Origin: an uncultured delta proteobacterium
Lineage (GTDB): Bacteria; Desulfobacterota; Binatia; UBA9968
DNA length: 64,000 nt
Reading direction: 5' to 3'
Assembly: GCA_963745835.1 (NCBI GenBank)
Contig: CAVUZH010000003.1
Coordinates: 224,001 to 288,000, forward strand
A program made the translations under genes and the position numbers. Positions 51,809 to 61,803 of the stretch are shown piece by piece. The first letter of the stretch is position 1. Every line of letters begins with the position of its first letter. Under the pieces are notes generated by a model, which was given only the letters and a program-made list of their open reading frames with translations, searched no databases and had not been told where the DNA came from.

Positions 51809-52804
51809 TCATTTCACCCGTTCTATAAATCCGCTCTTTTTTATCTCATCAAGGATGGTCGAATCGAGCAGTCGCAGGCTGTCCGGAGTTGCTGCCGCAG
51901 CTTTAGCATTCTGTTTGGCAACCTCGGCGATGACAAACTCGAGACCTCTTGGTTCCGGTAAGCTCAGTATTCCCTCGCCATGCTGGGCGATGTAGAAATC
52001 ATATCCTATGGATGCGCTCTCATCGTCTAGGCGCAGGTAATTTTTGATCAGTCGAACCGCCAGAGTCTTATCCCGCTTCATCATGTAGAGTCCTTCGATC
52101 ATTGCTTTAATGAAACCGACCGCTTGTTCTCGGTGCGTTTCGAGAAACTTCCTAGTTGTCATAAAACAATTATGGCAGTAGCGCGGCAGTCCCCATTTTT
52201 TGTCCGACAGATCGACCATCAGACTCATGCCTGCTTTTATCGCCGAGGTCGCCTGAGGATCGCTCAGCACCGTCGCCTGGACCTGACCGGAGAGCAAAGC
52301 GGCCTGCCGTGTGGATACGCCGCCTAGCTGGAGGATTTGAACCTGGTCGGCCTTCACGCCGATTTTTTCCAAGGCGATTCTGAGGTTGACCTCTGAAGAG
52401 GAGCCGAACCGGCTGATGGCGATTCGTTTGCCTTTAAAATCCTCAGCTGTTTTGATTTCCGGTCGGACGATCAGTTTGTCAGGAATGAAGTTGATTCCTC
52501 CGGCAACGATCGTGACGTCGGCTCCCCGTAAGTTGGCATTAACTGCCAAGGATCCGGTGGAAAAGAGGAACTGAGACTCGTTCGCCACCAGAGTCTGCAT
52601 GCCGACCGTGCCGTTTTCGATGGCGATGTACTCCATGTCCATGCCATATCTCTTCAAGAGCTTTTGATCGTAAGCCACCCAGAGCAGCGAGTGGATGACA
52701 GACAGGCCGCCGCTGGCGGCGCGAATTTTTTGCGCTGTGGCTGGCGCAGGGCGAAACGACAAAACCAGGAGTATAGCAACGATCGAAAACATTCGTAGCT
52801 TCAC
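51809..52804 (-). CDS. ABC transporter substrate-binding protein (SsuA/NMT1-like)
   Basis: Signal peptide; EDFKGKRIAISRFGSSS, AALLSGQVQA. Confidence 0.85.
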   Translation of the reverse strand: MKLRMFSIVAILLVLSFRPAPATAQKIRAASGGLSVIHSLLWVAYDQKLLKRYGMDMEYIAIENGTVGMQTLVANESQFLFSTGSLAVNANLRGADVTIVAGGINFIPDKLIVRPEIKTAEDFKGKRIAISRFGSSSEVNLRIALEKIGVKADQVQILQLGGVSTRQAALLSGQVQATVLSDPQATSAIKAGMSLMVDLSDKKWGLPRYCHNCFMTTRKFLETHREQAVGFIKAMIEGLYMMKRDKTLAVRLIKNYLRLDDESASIGYDFYIAQHGEGILSLPEPRGLEFVIAEVAKQNAKAAAATPDSLRLLDSTILDEIKKSGFIERVK

Positions 52805-52858
52805 ATTTTCCTTCCATCCCATGGCAGAAATGCTACGGTGTGTCATTAAGACGATCTT

Positions 52859-52954
52859 CACCAGGAAGGATACGAAGCGCATGAAATTAAAATTCGAGCG
52901 TACGATTCGCTGATCATCTTGGCCTCGTCTTCATGCGCTTCGAACTCTCGGTTG
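52859..52954. repeat. Inverted CACGAAG-type micro-repeat element
   Basis: CGAAGCGCATGAA (52873-52885) / TTCATGCGCTTCG (52930-52942); related units at 40986-41013 and 43632-43658. Confidence 0.65.
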
Positions 52955-53010
52955 TTTCGAAAAGCACTTGCCGCGAATGCAACGATCTGGATGACTCTTC
53001 GGCCGCCACG

Positions 53011-55233
53011 CTATTGATCCTTGTCGATCCAAACCTCCACATTGTAATCCGGCGCGCCGGATACTGGATCGATTCGGCGCGGGATCAAAACGTTAGCTTC
53101 CGGCCAATATGCTTGTAAAGTTCCTGGCTTAAGCGGTGCGAGCTGAATAATCCCTTTCATTCTACCAATGTCCGAGCGAACGATCACTTCATAGCCGTCT
53201 TCCAACTCGAGTCTCTCGGCATCGTCCGGCGACATAAAGATGCTGTGGCGCGATGTTGTCCCCATTGCACGATGAGTATGGCCGAAGGTCATGCTGTTGA
53301 ATTGTTTGCCGCGCCGCGTTGCCAGATAGAATTTACCCGGGGCAGCGCGTCGATCTTGTGGCTTGATCGGTGTAAATAGGGCCCGGTTCTCAGGCATGCT
53401 GGTGAAGCCGTGTTTGAACAGGAACGGGCCGCCCCATTGAAGATGATCGCCCTCCTTGGAGAGCTTCTCAATTCCGTGATAAATCGGCATCACCCGGGCC
53501 ATTTCTTCGCGGATACTTTGAGTGTCGTCGAAGGGGAAAAGAAGCTCGCCATTGGGCATTGCCTTGCGCCCGATCCTCACGGGTATCTCCCACTCGGGCA
53601 GTGCTTCGCCGATCGTATGGCCAGGAATCTCCGGGCTAAAACGGATTCGTCTTTCGGTGCTGGTCGATGTTCCGCCACCGCGTTGTTCATAGCGAGTTTG
53701 ACTCGGCAGGATCAGTATCGATTCCTGAGCGTTGAGCAACATGGAAGTATTGAGCAATATGTCCTGGTGTATCCGCACGGGCACGCGCTCCAGGGCTCTC
53801 GCGACTAAATTTCGGTCCGGAAGAGTTTCCAATAAATTTCCGCCGATGGAATATAAAAACTGGAGCTCTCCCCGACGCGCGGCTTCGATCATATGCGGCA
53901 CCTTTAAGCCGGGCATCGACGGAATCGGATGCTTCCACAGATTGGAAAAGCGACGCGCGCTCGATTCATCCACCGCGAAGCCGCCCGGGAATGTGTCCGG
54001 TTCGGCGCCGCATTCGCCGCCCCCTTGGGCGCCGCTGTGGCCGCGCATCGGCATAATGCCGCATTTTTCCCGGCCGAACATGCCGCGCGCCAGAGCCAGA
54101 TTGACGATCGCTTTGACGTTATCGACGCCGAACTCGTGTTGGGTCAATCCGGTGCTGTAGACGAACACGGCAGACTGTGAGGTGCCGTAGAGTTGGGCGA
54201 ATCCGATCATCTGATTGCGCGTCACGCCCGAGCATTGCTCGAGCATGTCCCACGATTGTTGTTCGATGGCAGCTTTCATCTGCTCGAACCCGGCAGTATG
54301 CGCGGCAATAAACCCGTGATGCACCTGATCCGCGGCCAGAAGGGCTTTAAGAACCCCATTGATGAAAGCGATGTCGCCGCCGACACGCACCTGGTAGAAG
54401 TCGTCCATCAGCTTGGTGCCGAAAACCGCGCTCGATGCGATCGACGGCACCCAGTAGCGTTCCAGACCGTATTCGCGCATGGGATTGACAACGATGATGC
54501 GCGTGCCGTGTTGTTTCGCGAAGTGCATGTACTTGGTGGTCACCGGATGATTGTTGGCCAAGTCGGAGCCGAAGATGACAAGCATCTCGGTGCCGATGAA
54601 ATCCGAAAGCGAGCCGGTGGGCGCGCCGATACCTAGTGTCGCTTTCAAACCCGAAACAGTGGCGGCATGGCAGAGGCGCGAGCACAAATCCACATTGTTG
54701 GTGCCGAGCACCCGGGCCAGTTTTTGAAAGACATAGTAGACCTCGTTTGTCAGCCCCCGAGATGTCGCAAAAAAAGCCATCTGATTAGGGGGAGCATTGC
54801 GAATTGAACGGGTCGTCAATTCCACTGCTTGATCCCAACTAATCCTGCTAAAGCCCTTTTCTCCTCGGCGGCGAAGCATGGGGTAGGGGATGCGTCCCAA
54901 GGATCGCAGCTTCTCCGGCGCCAGCCGGCGAAGAGCGCTGACATCGCTCATGAGCGACGGATCCAGCGCGCTCATCGTGTTCACCTTGAGAAGCTTCAGG
55001 CGTGTCATACAGAGATGAACGCCTTCATGAACGTTATCCTTCAGTCCGTAGGGGCCAAGAGAGCAACCGTCGCACACGCCGCGTTTCAAGATATCCCAGG
55101 CGTACGGCAGTTCGGTTTTGTTCTCCCAGAGCACGCCCAACATTTCGCGGTAATGCCTTGGCTTGGTCTGGCCGACCAAGCCAAAGGGAACGAAGCGCGA
55201 GAGCCCAGTGCCGTTGGATGTTAGCTTAGACAT
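53011..55233 (-). CDS. FdhF/YdeP-family molybdopterin oxidoreductase
   Basis: CDGCSLG..C, SRGLTNE, GTNNVDLCSRLCH, RGHS, TRRGKQFNSM, PEANVL..DP.SG.PDYN. Confidence 0.9.
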   Translation of the reverse strand: MSKLTSNGTGLSRFVPFGLVGQTKPRHYREMLGVLWENKTELPYAWDILKRGVCDGCSLGPYGLKDNVHEGVHLCMTRLKLLKVNTMSALDPSLMSDVSALRRLAPEKLRSLGRIPYPMLRRRGEKGFSRISWDQAVELTTRSIRNAPPNQMAFFATSRGLTNEVYYVFQKLARVLGTNNVDLCSRLCHAATVSGLKATLGIGAPTGSLSDFIGTEMLVIFGSDLANNHPVTTKYMHFAKQHGTRIIVVNPMREYGLERYWVPSIASSAVFGTKLMDDFYQVRVGGDIAFINGVLKALLAADQVHHGFIAAHTAGFEQMKAAIEQQSWDMLEQCSGVTRNQMIGFAQLYGTSQSAVFVYSTGLTQHEFGVDNVKAIVNLALARGMFGREKCGIMPMRGHSGAQGGGECGAEPDTFPGGFAVDESSARRFSNLWKHPIPSMPGLKVPHMIEAARRGELQFLYSIGGNLLETLPDRNLVARALERVPVRIHQDILLNTSMLLNAQESILILPSQTRYEQRGGGTSTSTERRIRFSPEIPGHTIGEALPEWEIPVRIGRKAMPNGELLFPFDDTQSIREEMARVMPIYHGIEKLSKEGDHLQWGGPFLFKHGFTSMPENRALFTPIKPQDRRAAPGKFYLATRRGKQFNSMTFGHTHRAMGTTSRHSIFMSPDDAERLELEDGYEVIVRSDIGRMKGIIQLAPLKPGTLQAYWPEANVLIPRRIDPVSGAPDYNVEVWIDKDQ

Positions 55234-55245
55234 GGGTCTTGAACA

Positions 55246-55701
55246 TCAACCCTCTGTCTTGCGCAACTCATCGAGAACCGCGAAAAACTTCTCGGGTTCG
55301 CTTTTCGAGACAGCTGTTTTGTACAAGGCATAGCGTTGATGAGACGCCCAACCGTTCCACTCTTCGAGTGTAACAGCCTTGCCGTTGTCGCCGGATCGTT
55401 CCCGAACCGGTGCCGGAACATGATCCGAAATTTCCCACAAGGGTTCCATGGGCGGGAGTTCTTGCGCTGGGGCGTGGCAATACTGGCGGGAGAGAAAGTT
55501 CAGGTAATCCTTAAAAACTTGTTTCTCGTCTTCGTGGTCCACCGGCAAGTGGCAGACCGCGGTCCGTTCTTCGATGCGGAAGGCGAGCCACTGCTTAAGA
55601 GATAATTTGATGCCGGCAAGATCGAGCTTCATCCGAACATGCAAAGGAAGACGTTCCAAATTTGGATAAAAGTCTTTTTCGTATTGAAATCTGTGAAACA
55701 T
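55246..55701 (-). CDS. Nitrate reductase-associated protein (NarM-like)
   Basis: F.+E.DF..L..LP..VRMKLDL.GIKL.L.QW..QRYALYK. Confidence 0.8.
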   Translation of the reverse strand: MFHRFQYEKDFYPNLERLPLHVRMKLDLAGIKLSLKQWLAFRIEERTAVCHLPVDHEDEKQVFKDYLNFLSRQYCHAPAQELPPMEPLWEISDHVPAPVRERSGDNGKAVTLEEWNGWASHQRYALYKTAVSKSEPEKFFAVLDELRKTEG

Positions 55702-56154
55702 AATCTGCCGAGGGAGTTTGCCTTTCGATCGGGCAAAAAGATATTTTCCCCTTCATTCATGGAAGTCAACCACATTATGTATGTATTGGATTAAAAAGAC
55801 ACGTGAATACCGTGGTTTTAGCCGCTTTAGCAGCTTGGCGGCGGCAGCAGTGGCAATCACGTTCAAACTCAGTGACCCTCGGCGTTATCTGGGCTTCAGT
55901 AGCGCTCGAAATTGCGGCCGGCGATGAAGTTGATAAAAAAGGGAGTTTTGAAGACCAGTTATTGTATATTAAAAAATATTTGACGCTGCGCCCCGGGAAA
56001 CGCGCACAACCTTTATCGGGGTGCTGATACATGCGATTTGAACTCGTGCCGTGACGCCTAGGGCAAAACGAATCCTGCGCGAGAAGAAAAGCGCGCGTCT
56101 TCAATATGAAACGTCCACCCAGAAGTCATTTTAGCTGAAGGGGAATGCCGTACC

Positions 56155-56682
56155 ATGATGCAGAGCCGCCCGCCCGCATCCAATAATCCACCGCCGCCGA
56201 TTGAGCCGACCGGATTCTTTACCGGAATCAAAATCCGTCCGGTCATCATCGGTGTCGTGGTTGATATTCTTGCTACGATGCTTCTGTCAACGATCTATTA
56301 TTTTGTCTTCGTAGCGCGGGATTTAAGCGACCCGGGTGCCATTTCCGAAGAGGCATTATCTCAGTACTGGAGTTCCAGCGAAGGCATCATGGCCAGTCTG
56401 GTGATCGGCACGTTTTGTACCGCGATCGGTGGTTTCTATGCCGGCCGTAAAGCGGGCGCATTGGAGATGAAGCACGGCGGCCTGGTTGGTGTAGGTTCGA
56501 TCCTGACCGGAATCATCCTGCAATCGGTCGGTGAAAACGGCACGGGACTCAATCAATGGCAAATGCTGATTGCCTATGCAGCGGCGATTCCTGCTGGAGC
56601 TTTGGGCGGTTCTGTGGCTGAGTGGGCGCGCGGCTTTGCGCCGGTGAAACCGCCAGACGGCGGCGCTTGGCCCAGGCATTAA
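56155..56682 (+). CDS. Four-TM membrane protein
   Basis: Four hydrophobic helices, GGFYAGRKA..HG motif. Confidence 0.75.
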   Translation: MMQSRPPASNNPPPPIEPTGFFTGIKIRPVIIGVVVDILATMLLSTIYYFVFVARDLSDPGAISEEALSQYWSSSEGIMASLVIGTFCTAIGGFYAGRKAGALEMKHGGLVGVGSILTGIILQSVGENGTGLNQWQMLIAYAAAIPAGALGGSVAEWARGFAPVKPPDGGAWPRH

Positions 56683-56687
56683 GCATT

Positions 56688-57239
56688 ATGTCGGGGATCG
56701 AATATAGACGCGCCGGGCCGGAAGATTATGCCGAAATCGTTCGGCTGCAGCGAGCTAATTATATTGCGAACCTCACGGCAGAGGAGCGCCGGGAAGGTTT
56801 TCTCTCAGCCGAGTTCAGTTTGGATCAGGTTGCCGCCATCGCGAGCGATCTCGGCATTGCCATCGTCACGATGGACGATGACCTTGCCGGTTGCTTGTGC
56901 GGAATCAGGCGCGAATTCAATCATGGCTCGCCGGTGGTTGCGAAAATGCTCGAGTCCTACGATCAGGCTTGGTTCCAAGGCAAACCGCTAAGCGCATTCA
57001 ACAGCTATATATACGGTCCGGTATGCATTGCTCGTCAGTACCGCCGCCGCGGCCTTCTGCGCGGGCTGTATGATTTCCAAAAAAAAGATTTGGCCGGTCA
57101 ATTCGAGCTCGGCGTCGCCCTGGTCTCGCATAGCAACCCTCATTCAATGAGGGCGCATGTGGAGGGATTGGGAATGACCGAAGCGGGGAAATTCGAACTA
57201 AACGGCAACTTATTCGCCATCCTGGCCTTCCGCATTTGA
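56688..57239 (+). CDS. GNAT-family acetyltransferase
   Basis: GPVCIARQYRRRGL acetyl-CoA motif; N..S..AH..LG. Confidence 0.8.
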   Translation: MSGIEYRRAGPEDYAEIVRLQRANYIANLTAEERREGFLSAEFSLDQVAAIASDLGIAIVTMDDDLAGCLCGIRREFNHGSPVVAKMLESYDQAWFQGKPLSAFNSYIYGPVCIARQYRRRGLLRGLYDFQKKDLAGQFELGVALVSHSNPHSMRAHVEGLGMTEAGKFELNGNLFAILAFRI

Positions 57240-57522
57240 ATCTATGGCTTCCGAATCATTCACACGCTACCAATGCCCTCGGGGCGAGTCCTCCGAGTCG
57301 AAGGCGATGGGTCTGTATCTTGAGGCTTAGCGTGATCTGTCAGTGGTGGAGCGAACGGGATATATGAGTTGTCATTGTCCGGCCCAAGCACCAAAGAAGT
57401 CGTTGAGGTGTACGGCTTGGCGCCTTCGCCTCTCCGGGCCTCGCCCCGAGGGCCTACACAGTGTCATCATTTTACTCTGACCATGACTAATGCGGGGTAC
57501 CCGCGTGCTGAAAACTCTGTTT

Positions 57523-57647
57523 GCAGCTGCTCAAAAGCCTCAGAGGCAAGGCGCTCGAAGTTCGATGAGCTGAGGCGTACGCTTCAGTACGTTGAAGCGA
57601 GTCGGGCGAGTGCAACGAAGCATATGAGAGTTTTTCAGCAGCTTGCT
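57523..57647 (-). mobile_element. ~125-bp MITE-like element, copy A
   Basis: Ends GCAGCTGCTCAAAAG..TTTTTCAGCAGC; reverse complement aligns with 58253..58378. Confidence 0.65.
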
Positions 57648-57750
57648 CGTGAAGGCCGCGGCTGCTTGCGCATTGGCCAGCGCTCTCATAGAATCGCTTC
57701 AGTCGTCGTCACTCCTTGGCGACGGCGACAATTTCGAAAGGAGAATAAAC

Positions 57751-58254
57751 ATGGATAAAGATATCAAGAAGACCGCGCTGAGAATGATTCCGTATGGGCT
57801 CTATGTTCTGACTAGTGAAGGCAAGGACGGCAAGATCGCCGCGGCAACAGTCAACTGGGTAACGCAGACTGCCTTTGAGCCGCCGCTGGTGGTGGTGGGC
57901 GTGAAAGCCGACTCCGGCGCTCATGCGATTATCAAGGAATCGAGAACATTCGCTTTAAATATTCTTGGCAAGGATCAAAAAAACCAGGCTTATACATTTT
58001 TCAAAGCGCTCGAGCGCGAAGGCGATAAGATCGGCGGCGAACCATTCCGCAAGGGAAGTCTTGGCGCACCGATTTTGCAGAACGCTCCGGCATTTGTCGA
58101 GTGCCAACTGGTGGAGACCATCGAGAAGGGCGATCATTCGATTTTCGTCGGTGAGGTCAAAGATGCCGGGGTTGCCGCGCAACCTGAAGGACGCCCTGAC
58201 GATGCGACCCTAACCCTTAAAGATCTGGGTGACAAAGTCTTTTACGGCGGCTAG
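57751..58254 (+). CDS. Flavin reductase-like protein
   Basis: ALRMIPYGLYVLT, WVTQTAFEPPL, FALNIL, GAPIL, GDHSIFVGEV. Confidence 0.92.
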   Translation: MDKDIKKTALRMIPYGLYVLTSEGKDGKIAAATVNWVTQTAFEPPLVVVGVKADSGAHAIIKESRTFALNILGKDQKNQAYTFFKALEREGDKIGGEPFRKGSLGAPILQNAPAFVECQLVETIEKGDHSIFVGEVKDAGVAAQPEGRPDDATLTLKDLGDKVFYGG

Positions 58255-58378
58255 CAGCCTGATGAAAAAGGCCACCTGCTTAGTTGCGCTCGGTCGTCTC
58301 GCTTCAACGTACACTAGGGGTACGCTTTCGCTCGACGACTCATCGCGCGTCTCGCATCCAGTCTTTTGATCAGGCTAC
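58253..58378 (+). mobile_element. ~125-bp MITE-like element, copy B
   Basis: AGCAGCCTGATGAAAAAG..CTTTTGATCAGGCT with shared core CTCGCTTCAACGTAC..GTACGC. Confidence 0.65.
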
Positions 58379-58416
58379 CGATAAGAAAATGAAAACGATC
58401 CGATAAAGGGGCAATT

Positions 58417-58803
58417 ATGGCTAAAATTCGACACATTGCTTACCGCGCAGAGGACGTCGACGCGATGGCGAAGTTTTTCGTAGACGCGATGGGCATGACC
58501 ATAAAGCAGAAGCGCAAGAACACCGCCGTCGATCTTACCGATGGGACCACCAACATCACTGTGCTTCCCTTGGCGGCCGGCAGACCGGGTGGCGAGCCGG
58601 GCCGCGCCGGTATCGATCACATCGGCTTCACTGTTGAAAGTGAAGACGAAGCCAGCCGCATGCTCGAGGCAGCCGGCGCGCACAAGATCGGACGGGTCGA
58701 ACTTGGCAGTCAGGTGCACTATGAGGTCAAGTATCAAGGGCCGGAGGGTATCGTCGTCGACGTGGGTCACTGGCTTGGAACAGCACCACTCGACGAGAAG
58801 TAA
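58417..58803 (+). CDS. VOC/glyoxalase-family protein
   Basis: KIRHIA, GIDHIGF.V, EVK..GPEG.VVDV. Confidence 0.88.
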   Translation: MAKIRHIAYRAEDVDAMAKFFVDAMGMTIKQKRKNTAVDLTDGTTNITVLPLAAGRPGGEPGRAGIDHIGFTVESEDEASRMLEAAGAHKIGRVELGSQVHYEVKYQGPEGIVVDVGHWLGTAPLDEK

Positions 58804-58808
58804 CTCGC

Positions 58809-58956
58809 GTTCAACCGTTCAATGGTTCAACGTCAGGCCGGACTAAAAACAATCGTTCAAGATCTTGAAAGGTTGGCTGCGTTCTTCTACTGCTGACGTT
58901 GTAAATCAGGCACCGACCTCTGACGTTGAACATTTGAACCGTCGAACTGTTGAACG
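58809..58956. repeat. Inverted array of ~8-bp repeats (GTTCAA / TTGAAC)
   Basis: GTTCAACCGTTCAATGGTTCAACGTCAG ... CTGACGTTGAACATTTGAACCGTCGAACTGTTGAACG between convergent genes. Confidence 0.75.
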
Positions 58957-58974
58957 GTAACCGGCAGATGCCGG

Positions 58975-60444
58975 TTACCGTATCATCAATCTTTCCGCCT
59001 TCCCCGAATAATTGATAAACACAGTTTTCAGCTCGGTAAAGAAGTTCAGGCCTTCTTCGGCCATTTCGCGCTCGCCGACACCAGTGGATTTCGTGCCGCC
59101 GAAGGGAAGCTGGGCTTCACCGCCGATGGTTGGTTCATTGACGTGCACCATGCCGGTTTCGACTTCTTCGACGAAGTTCATGATCGTGTCGATGTTCTCG
59201 GTAAAGATGGAAGTGGTCAGGCCGTACTCCACGCCATTGGCATGACTCAACGCCTCTTCTAGATTGTTGGCTGTGGAGACCGAAAGCACGGGTCCGAAGA
59301 CTTCCTCTTTGAAGAGGCGCATGCCGGGCGCGACGTTATCGAAAATTGTTGGTGCGACGAAATATCCCTTGCCAAGGTAGTCGGGCTTTTTACCGCCCAG
59401 CAGCAAGCGAGCGCCTTCTTCCTGCCCGATCCTGATGTAGTCCAAATCGGTTTTCCATTGCTTCTCATCCACGGCCGGACCCATATCGACGGTCTCGTCT
59501 AGACCGGAGCCGATTTTGATTTTCTTGGCGGCTTCGATGAGCCGCTCCGTGAGCGCGTCTTTGATGGCTGGGTTGACGATCACCCGCGATGTTGCCGTGC
59601 AGCGCTGTCCCGTGGAACCGAAGGCGCCGCCGTGAATGGCAACGGCTGCCTTATCCAGATCGGCATCCGCCATAACGATGACCGCGTTCTTACCGCCCAT
59701 TTCACAGGTCACTTTTGCGCCGCGCTGCGCCGCCTTAACATAGAGCGCGCCGCCGATTTCGTTGGAGCCGGTGAAGGATACGGCGCGAATGGTTGGAGAA
59801 TTGACAATGGCTTCGCCGACCACCGAGCCGGAACCTACAACCATATTGAAAACACCCGGAGGCAGGCCGGCTTGTTCATAAATCTCCGCGAGCAACGTTG
59901 CCGTGGCCGGTGTCAGCTCGGCCGGTTTGAATATTACGGCATTGCCGGCGACCAGCGCCGGCGCCGATTTCCAGACCGGAATAGCCCAAGGAAAGTTCCA
60001 CGGGGCGATCAGCCCGACCACTCCCAAAGGTCTGCGAACCGTGTAGGTAAAAGTATCGCGCGCCTCCGACGGGAGCGTCTTACCATGCATGCGATAACCT
60101 TCGCCGGCGTAGAATTCCAATAGCGAAATACCCTTCAGCACTTCGCCTTTGGCTTCTTTCAAAATCTTGCCCTCTTCGCGGGTTAGGGTGCGGGCGATTT
60201 CGTCAGCGCGCTGGCGCGCGATATCGGCCGCGCGCCAGAGGACGCGGCCACGCTCGGGTCCAGGCGTCCTCTTCCATCCTTTAAAAGCCGCTTGTGCCGC
60301 TTCAATCGCGCGGTGCGCATCCTGTGATGTTGCCGCGGGAAACTCGGCGATGACGTCGTCGAGATCGGCTGGATTGATGTTGCGCACCAGCCGCTCGGAT
60401 TTTGGATGAAACCACTTGCCATCGATATAGGAGCCGGTATTCAT
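58975..60444 (-). CDS. Aldehyde dehydrogenase (KGSADH-like)
   Basis: PWNFP, FTGS, EMGGKN, GQRCTA, EEVFGP; GGAGGAG RBS before ATG 60444. Confidence 0.93.
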   Translation of the reverse strand: MNTGSYIDGKWFHPKSERLVRNINPADLDDVIAEFPAATSQDAHRAIEAAQAAFKGWKRTPGPERGRVLWRAADIARQRADEIARTLTREEGKILKEAKGEVLKGISLLEFYAGEGYRMHGKTLPSEARDTFTYTVRRPLGVVGLIAPWNFPWAIPVWKSAPALVAGNAVIFKPAELTPATATLLAEIYEQAGLPPGVFNMVVGSGSVVGEAIVNSPTIRAVSFTGSNEIGGALYVKAAQRGAKVTCEMGGKNAVIVMADADLDKAAVAIHGGAFGSTGQRCTATSRVIVNPAIKDALTERLIEAAKKIKIGSGLDETVDMGPAVDEKQWKTDLDYIRIGQEEGARLLLGGKKPDYLGKGYFVAPTIFDNVAPGMRLFKEEVFGPVLSVSTANNLEEALSHANGVEYGLTTSIFTENIDTIMNFVEEVETGMVHVNEPTIGGEAQLPFGGTKSTGVGEREMAEEGLNFFTELKTVFINYSGKAERLMIR

Positions 60445-60556
60445 GTTTGCCTCCTCCAGAACAAAACGAGCTATCTTCCTGCCGCAGAGTCGGGACCAAC
60501 TAAACAAGTGCCACGGAGACACAGTAGCGGCAGCGTTCCAACCAACCTCGGAGTAT

Positions 60557-60621
60557 CTCGCGCAAAGGCGCAAAGGAAAGAAACAATATCCAAACTTTGC
60601 GTCTTGGCGACTTGGCGCGAG
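60557..60621. repeat. Inverted GCGCAAAG / CTTGGCG micro-repeat element
   Basis: CTCGCGCAAAGGCGCAAAGG .. CTTTGCGTCTTGGCGACTTGGCGCGAG. Confidence 0.65.
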
Positions 60622-60715
60622 TAAATCCTCGTCGTTATCAGCTAGGAGTGTCAGAGAATTCCGCAAGCTGCGAAACCGTACAAGGCCGAACATGGGCGGA
60701 CTCGAAAGGCTTACG

Positions 60716-61768
60716 TTATCTGCGAGCCAGCGCACGCAATCTCTTGTTCCACAATTCATCGAGTTTCTCATACTGCTCGGTTGTGAGTCCCTGCTCAGGA
60801 TACCAACGCTTGAATCCATAGTCCTTGATTGGGCTGCCGTACTCGTATTGCTCAAGCACTTTTTGTCCGCCGGGACCTAAAATAAAGTCGGCCAGAAGCA
60901 GGGCGGCGTGTGGATGCGGCGCATTGGCCGAAACGGCGGTCGATCCCGAGTTGGACGGCACAATCTCCATGGGGAGCCATTCGATGGGAGCATTGGCTTT
61001 GAGGGATACCTCGGCATGATTGCGGAAGGTTGTCGGCGATACTCCGACCTCGCCGGATATCACCATATCGAGAAGCGCTCGTCCTGAGACGTTATGAACC
61101 GCGGGATTTTGCTCGTTCAACTTCTTAAAAAATTCTTCACCTTTGAACTTGAGCATCGCTCCGACTACGGTCACGCCGGTGTCGCTGCCGGCGAAGCCGA
61201 TCTTGCCCTTCAGCTCGGGCCGCAGCAAACCATCATAGTTCTTTGGCACCAGGTTGGCTGGTATCGAATTCTTGTTATAAGCTAGACCGATGTGAGACTC
61301 GCGATCGATCGCCCAGTACACTAGCCCTTTGGCGTCTTTCTCTTTGACATGTTCGGGGTACTTTGCCTCGGTTGAAAAATAGTACGGGGCGATCAGCTTA
61401 TTGTCTTTCAAGAGCTTTAAAAGCGGAATGGTTGTTTCAATGGTATCGACGATGTGCCGCTTGGCCTGGCTCTCAGCGAGAATCCTAGCGCCGAGCTCCT
61501 GCCGGGTGCCACGGTAGGATTCTACTTTGACGCCGGGATACTGGCTCTCGAAAGCAGCCGCGAGATCTTTGTACGAGCCGCCGGCCAGCGATGTGTACCA
61601 GGTGATTTTGCCTTCGGCTTTGGCGCCGGCATACAAAACCTTTTCCCGATCCGGTTTGTTGTACGTCGCTAGTTGCGCCAGCGACATAGGTTTGGCCGTT
61701 TGTGCCGATCCGGAAGAAGCCAAACCGAAGGAAAGAACCAATAGACAGGTTAACATCTTTATCTTCAT
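60716..61768 (-). CDS. ABC transporter substrate-binding protein (Fe3+/AfuA-like class)
   Basis: Signal peptide; GAKAEGKITWYTS, LAYNKN, APHPHAALLLADF.L...GQ. Confidence 0.85.
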   Translation of the reverse strand: MKIKMLTCLLVLSFGLASSGSAQTAKPMSLAQLATYNKPDREKVLYAGAKAEGKITWYTSLAGGSYKDLAAAFESQYPGVKVESYRGTRQELGARILAESQAKRHIVDTIETTIPLLKLLKDNKLIAPYYFSTEAKYPEHVKEKDAKGLVYWAIDRESHIGLAYNKNSIPANLVPKNYDGLLRPELKGKIGFAGSDTGVTVVGAMLKFKGEEFFKKLNEQNPAVHNVSGRALLDMVISGEVGVSPTTFRNHAEVSLKANAPIEWLPMEIVPSNSGSTAVSANAPHPHAALLLADFILGPGGQKVLEQYEYGSPIKDYGFKRWYPEQGLTTEQYEKLDELWNKRLRALARR

Positions 61769-61803
61769 GCGCTGCTCCTTTACTTGTCGAGCTCTAACTT
61801 TTG

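Noticed and set aside
55803-56027. 74-aa ORF in a divergent intergenic region
   Set aside because: No RBS or motif; overlaps probable promoter DNA
60445-60855. Long N-terminal extension of the aldehyde dehydrogenase ORF
   Set aside because: Runs through a repeat element and the upstream gene; a strong RBS supports ATG 60444
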